In this document: one piece after another, positions 57,785-64,000 of the stretch
Position numbering within the stretch: the first letter of the stretch is position 1
Layout of the letters: each line of letters opens with the position of its first letter
Assembly (NCBI GenBank): GCA_004764695.1
Contig: SMSO01000031.1
Location: 1,774,436 to 1,838,435 of the forward strand
Length of the DNA stretch: 64,000 nt
Direction of reading: 5' to 3'
Source of the DNA: Schizochytrium sp. TIO01
Taxonomy: Eukaryota > Protista > Bigyra: Labyrinthulomycetes
Position numbers and translations under genes: made by a program
The notes under the pieces: generated by a model
Seen by the model: the letters and a program-made list of their open reading frames with translations, nothing else
Told to the model about the DNA's origin: nothing
The model's database searches: none

Positions 57785-58453
57785 ATGACAGTCAAGTTGA
57801 CCTACTTCAACATGCGCGGTGCTGCCGAGAAGATCCGGCTCGCGTTCATTCTTAATGGTGTAGAGTTTGAAGATGACCGTGTAGAGTTTGCAGACTGGCC
57901 CAAGCTCAAGGGCAGCACCAAATTTGGTCAAATGCCTCTCTTGGAGTTGGATGATGGCACTGTGATCGCCCAAAGTGATGCGATTCTGCGATACGCCGGC
58001 TCTGTTGGCGAGGGCAAGTTGGTTCCGCAGGATCTCAAAGAGCAAGCCAAGGTGAACGAGGCTCTTGGTGTCCTGGAGGACTTGTTTCGCTCTGCACTGG
58101 GTAGGTTTTTCCTTGCTCGCGACCCTACCGCCTTTGGTCATGAGGACGAGGTCAAGGAGTCTGAAGAAGGTAAAGCAATGATCAAGAAGATGCATGACAA
58201 GTGGGTTAGCGAGGAGCTTCCCAAATTCATTGGCTTCATCGAAAAGCTCCTTGAGCAGAATGGAGGCGACTTCCTTGCTTCCAAGGACTTCCCGACAATC
58301 GCAGACTGCTTCGCAGTCTCCTTGTTGAACGAGATGGAAAATGGCTTTTTGAGCTTTGTACCGTCGGGCTACCTCGATAGCTCTCCCGCCGTAAAGGCAT
58401 ATGTGCAGCGTTTCATGGAGATCCCAGAGGTTGTTCAGTGGTACAGCAAGTAA
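57785..58453 (+). CDS. Glutathione S-transferase, copy 4
   Basis: KLTYFNMRGAAEKIRL, FGQMP, AQSDA, PTIADC. Confidence 0.95.
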   Translation: MTVKLTYFNMRGAAEKIRLAFILNGVEFEDDRVEFADWPKLKGSTKFGQMPLLELDDGTVIAQSDAILRYAGSVGEGKLVPQDLKEQAKVNEALGVLEDLFRSALGRFFLARDPTAFGHEDEVKESEEGKAMIKKMHDKWVSEELPKFIGFIEKLLEQNGGDFLASKDFPTIADCFAVSLLNEMENGFLSFVPSGYLDSSPAVKAYVQRFMEIPEVVQWYSK

Positions 58454-61400
58454 GGCCAAACGCATTTGTTTTTCATGGTTACCGATGGTTACCGCTTACC
58501 TTCATGCATCCCCCGAGAGATAGAAGATTTAGGAGATACTCCCCAAAATACATGTCAATAAAGTATGAGGTTCTTCTTGCAAAATAAATTAGAAGCCATT
58601 TCTCCACTCGCCAAACAGCTCGATTATCTGAACCTTGTTAGAAACTTGATCATAAATTCCACTTGGAAAGAATTCTTTTTTCCTTTATTGTCATGCATGA
58701 GATTGCTGCAATACCAGCTGCAGGCTTGACCCTATGATTTTATGCAAAGTATGAAGGACTCAAGCAGGCCAATCAAGAGATTGACACTCTACAATATGAA
58801 CAGTTCAACTTCGTCTACTGAAAGGATTCGTACCCGTTGGAGGTTCTTTCATTATTCTGGAGCTGGCATTGCGTCGCGGATTTTTCCATTCCCTAGAAAT
58901 ATACCGCCCTGAAAAAGCAATGTGCTCCTCTTATTCATTTCCAGACGCACTAATGATGAGATGATGAGGTATTGTACGGGAGCATTACCAAGGATGACAT
59001 CGAGTACCTCCTTTGAGTTTGACGTTGGTTACAGAAAAGAGCGAAAAGTACAAAATGAGAAAATAAGATAAATGAAACACAGTTCTATGTTTTGTGTGTA
59101 TGATACATGATGATTGTAAGCGCGAAGATTGTGCGCATTGGTGCCATGTACAATGCCACCAGGTGCGCCAGTTTAATTATGTGTCCTTTAGCGTTTAACC
59201 GATGGAGGACTTCCGGGAGCCGAAGGCGAAGGAACAGAAACCTCGGCCACTAATGTGCCAGATGTCCTCATTTGCGGCGATATGTGTGAATGTGTCTACA
59301 GGTTGTGAGTGATTTTTGCTACTGTGCTCGTATTGGTGATTTGTGCACAGTCTAGAGCGTTAATTAATTATAAGTCAGATTGCTCCACGGGCTTGGGCTG
59401 TGCATCGAAGATTGGGAGAATGCCCGTCGTAATAACACGTTCCCGCCTGCGCTGAGTGCGCTTGGTGGCAGGGCATGGTCGTCGGTCACATTGCAGGCGA
59501 GCAGGGGATGAAGGAATCATGGTAATGGCGGCCGGGCTAGGGGACATTTTGCAATGAATTGTTGTTGCTGCTTTTACAAAGTCTGGCTGACTTGTGATCC
59601 TCAACAACTGATCGGTTGTATGATGAATGATTTCTTCAAGTTGATAGCTATATTGCAAGCCAACAAACAAGCTTTTGTATGCCTTTCAGATATCAGTGAT
59701 TGAGTCTTGCTCGATAGTCTCCGGAGTTGCGGGTTTGCTGCAGGCCGCACGATGCATGCTCGTTGACCGTCTTATGAGGAGGCTAGGAGTCTTAGGAGCA
59801 GGCCTTTTCGCCACTATCTTTGAAGGGAGCAAAAATCATCTTCTTGCCCCCTTTTCAATACATTAGGGGTTGGCTTTCTTCCTTTCTTTTAAACTTTTCT
59901 TAATAAAATTATGTAAGTTCCAAGTTACTTTAGGAAAAGCACACTTGTTTTCTTTTTCAAATGAATAATAAACAAAGTAAACATGCTTTTGGAAACTCCT
60001 ACGGGTGGGCCATCATACGGAGGGGGGCTGGCGCGCAGTGCGTTCCACTTTACTTCTTTTCACATTAAATAGAGAATAAAATAAAATAAAATAAAATAAA
60101 AAACATTAAAACTGAAAGAGGGCTGCCTGTTTGCTGCCAAGTCTTTTTTTACTTTTTTCACTTTTAGGCACTAAAAACACTAGATAAATGAGAGAAAAAT
60201 AGAATAAAATATTTGGGAAGCGTGGAGCGAAAAGCCATTTCATTTCATCTCATGTCATCCATCTCATGTCATCGTATGTCATTTTCTTCAAGTTCCATCG
60301 ATTTGAAGAACGGCAAGCAACCTCAACGATGGGTGCCCTCTGTGCCTAGCTCCACTTCTATCGAGGCTTCGCTCCATCCCGCAGAGCGCTGATTAAAAAA
60401 CAAAAACAAAAACTTTAAAACTTTAAAAAAGCGAGGCGAGCAAAGCTCTCACTGCTCAATAGCCCTAAAAGCTATTTATAATCCTGCTTCTTCTCTTTTC
60501 AGTTAGCCATCTCTCGCAATCGAAGACGACTTTTATTTTCTTTTGTTGACTTTTTACCTTTCGATACGTATATATATATGCCCCCATGGTTGTCAGCTAA
60601 TGAATGAATGAAAGAAACTGAAGAGCGCCTGCCTGGACTCCTGCACCGGCGATAGCGGCAGAAAGCCGAAGCCTCCGGCGCTGCTAAGGGCCCCAGCTCA
60701 GGCCTTTTCCAGCTGCCTCGAGGTCCTCGCAGGCAGAGGCAACGGGGTCCTGGCGAAAACCCGCTTTGCGTCAAGATGATCAATGGAAACCCGTGGAGCG
60801 GCCTCGCGAACGAAGCTCGTGTCGCATTTTCACAAGGGAGCTCGAGCAGAACCTCGGTTCTCCAGAGAGAAGTCAAGTTCTCTCGAAAGCGCGATCTCAC
60901 TGTTGCATAGGCTCGAAACGCTCGAGGTGAGACTGAGACACGCTTCTAAGAGCTGAGTGAGACCACGCATCTAAGAAGAAATATTTGTCTGTGTGTAAGT
61001 CTGTACGTGCGAGCTTGTTTGTACTACAGTTGCCTTACTTTGGCTGGCGCTCCGCTGCTTGCGCCTATACCGATAAACGCGAATGTGCCTGAATTGCACA
61101 TCGTGAATATCTCCAAAGATCAATCGCCGGCTCAGAAGGATGGATGGCTGGCACCTTCAGGTCGCACCTCTTTCGCGTTCTTGTGGCGAGGATGCGTCTT
61201 TCGGCTCTTGGGTCGTCTGCAGGACGATCAGATGAGATGATGAAATCCATCTGATCGCCGCTTTCGAGGAGATTTCTTCACGTCGATTTGGGAGTGGTGA
61301 GAATGTTTAGTCGAAGCTTTTACATCAACAGCAGCACCGGAAAACGATGAAAAGTCGCGCATGAACTGCAAAGTGCCTTGCAGTCGCCTTCGTTCCGAAG

Positions 61401-62324
61401 AGGGCCATACTTGGGACGACGATGAGCCCATCCAGCAGAACTGCAGACCTGCCATCCGTCTATTTCTTCGCTGGTTCGAGGTCCTCTACTTTATCCTCCT
61501 TTTCATTGTTATTGTTAGTAGTATTATTATTATTGTAAAGTTTCGAACATCGAAGTCCATAGAAACAAGAAATTGAATTAAAAACTAGTTAAGAATTAAA
61601 CACTCTTTCGAAAAAAGAAAAAGAAAAAAAGAGAGGATCCTTGCTGAAAAGGAAGGCCAAGGGCGCCTTCAGCGGTATGCTATATATGAAGAGCCACTAC
61701 GTTGAGGCGGGCTGAAAGCCTGTCTTTTAGCTGACTTACTGGCTGGCTGGATGGCTGGCTTGAACTTGACCCACATCTTGCTTCTTTCCTCCTCTTAGCT
61801 TTCGTGCTTCCCTCATGAGGTTAGGATCAGCAGGGCACACTCATTTTGATTGCTTCTTATTTCCCCGCAGTCACAAGCTGGTGGGGCAAACCTGGACTGC
61901 GCGCGCCGCGCGCGCGCTGTGCCCCTTTATGTATTATTTTTTATTTTACTTTTTAATTCACTTAATTTAAAAAAAAAAAAATGAACAAAAATGAGGAAGA
62001 GAGAAACGTGAAAAAGAAAAAAATGAGAGAAAAAATGGGGCGTCGCGTCTCGAAACTTCCACCTACAAGCAAGTTTCAAAGCTATAGCTTGTCAGGGGTG
62101 GGCCTTTCATACTCAGTAAAGTACCACAGTCCACATCTGTACTCGAAACGCTTCAAAACTTGAAAGCTAGTTGCTTTTGTTAGCTTCCAGGAACTAGCTG
62201 GCCGTTCGGCAACGACAAGCAGGAGCAGGTAACAGGAGGGGGCCATCATGAAATGTAAACGCGTTTCGTTTCAAGTCAGTCCTCGTCCTCCCTAACCCTG
62301 CGCGAACCAGGGACTTGCTGCAGA

Positions 62325-62369
62325 CAAGCAAGCAAGTAAACAAGCAAGTAAACAAGCAAGTAAACAAGC
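62325..62369. repeat. (CAAGCAAGTAAA)x3 minisatellite
   Basis: Directly visible; similar to the sequence just upstream of the GST1 ATG (50190-50215). Confidence 0.85.
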
Positions 62370-64000
62370 CTCATACGCAGATGCTGGGTCTCTACTTATC
62401 AGCCCGCAGCACTTCGCCAGCTAATCGTATATTGAGCTCTTTGCGCTCCAAACTTACACATTAGATATCCAAATAAATAAACATCAGCTTTTAAATATAT
62501 AATTTAAAGAACTTTCTTTTTCTTTTCCTTTTATTATCATTATCAATTTATATTTTCTAACTAATGAAAATACTACATATATATAATTAACATAACAATA
62601 TACATAGGAATTCCACTATCTAACTATAATAGTTACACTTTTACAAAAGTAGGTACTAATAGGTACAAGTGCTACGTGGAATAATATATATAATAGACCT
62701 ACTTTCAAATTGAAAAGAGGCTTCAGACCCAGGACCCAGGCTTATAACCCTGCTCATATTGATACGATCTAGGCAACTCCCGGGTCACCGGAGCCTGGTC
62801 CAGGCGGTACATTGGTCTTAATGGAAGCTAGCCACCAATTGCTTAGTATGGAGATAGTTGAAACTCGTCTGTGGTATGACGATGATGTATTTAAATTAAA
62901 AACTTAATAACAACATCAATATATATGTATATAATTATAAACTATGAATGGGCAGCTAGATTTCCTCCATATGTGGAGAACAGAAGAAGAGGCGGCGCAG
63001 AGCTTTCAAGCTCGAAAGCGAAGTGGGCCGTCTTTAATCTCTTCATGTCTTCCTCCATCACACCGCGTTTAAAGAAAGAACTCTTTCGCGTTACCCTCGC
63101 ACAGACAGCTGTCCAGATTCAATGGAACTAACGGGGTTTGAAGGCACTTCCTTCCACCACGTTCTATCTTTGGGTAATCCTTGATCCGGCAGGCGTCCCT
63201 CCTCCTTCTCTGAGAGAAAGCTTAACCTGTCTATCTATGGTCGTCGATCCGGAATTGAATTGCGTACTCCGTGCCTGAAAGAAGGAACTGCACCGGACTT
63301 CTGCGACGGTCGCGCAGATCTCCAAACTCCGTAGCGTCTGCGGCTCTTCATCAGCAGCTTCGATCCTTCACAAAGGCCTCCTTCGCTCAACCAATCAGGC
63401 ATTCCAACCTTTGCGAGGGATTCTCTGAAAATCGATCGTTCTGTTGTTGCCAAAACTGAAGATGTTGATTGATACAGAACAGCCTTATGTCTTTTTGCGT
63501 TAGTATATATATATTATAAGAGCTACTTAAAAATAAAATAAAAATCATTTGAATTAATAACAAACAATCTATTCATTACATCAATAACGATATTTAATAA
63601 AAACTTTTGTTTTTTAAAATAATGAACATAAAGAAAAGAAAAAAAGACGTGTATATGTAAGTATATATGATCAATGGGACAGAAAGTTCGCTGTGGCGGT
63701 GAACGTGGTCCTGAAAGTGCTGTCCAGCTTGTATTGCTGGTGCTTAACGAGCTCTCGATGCATTTATGGGACCAAATATGAAGCTGGAGCTAGCATTCAT
63801 CTATTGCCTGCCACACCCCTTTCCGCGTCTTTGCATTACCATTAAGCTGCACTTTTGTGCAGAGCTTCTTTTGCCTTTTTTCTCTCGCCTTCTTTTTAAA
63901 AGTCGTGGTATGTGTTCTGAAGGATGAACGAAAAGCCTGGTACGACAAGGCAATAGTTGGCGCTGCTGCTACTTTTTGATACAGATCGAAGCGTAGGGAG

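Overview
This is eukaryotic nuclear DNA, not prokaryotic. It has GT-AG introns with CTAAC branch points, an eIF3i gene, a Rad5/SHPRH-like SNF2-RING gene, a peroxisomal SKL signal and a twin-CX9C protein. The intron-poor layout and gene content suggest a protist, possibly a labyrinthulomycete/thraustochytrid (inference only). Intact genes are: glyoxalase I (3' part), an Sfi1-repeat coiled-coil protein, an ABCF3/GCN20-like ATPase, an ankyrin+SAM protein, a degenerate P-loop NTPase of Crinkler-like architecture, a class-3 lipase, Cu/Zn SOD, eIF3i, UDP-glucose dehydrogenase, a ~2200-aa SNF2/RING helicase, a GxGYxYP-family secreted protein, a CX9C protein, a peroxisomal crotonase and four tandem GSTs. 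The most interesting part is an accessory island at ~7.5-19 kb between housekeeping genes. It holds the ANK-SAM gene, a SAM?-NTPase-REase-like gene, a divergently oriented SAM?-REase-kinase pseudogene and a T/G-skewed Cys-rich membrane-protein pseudogene. Also present are a ~640-bp (TTTA)n array, probable LINE 3' relics and a recurrent intergenic TAGGTAC motif. All family calls come from motif recognition by eye; no searches were run.
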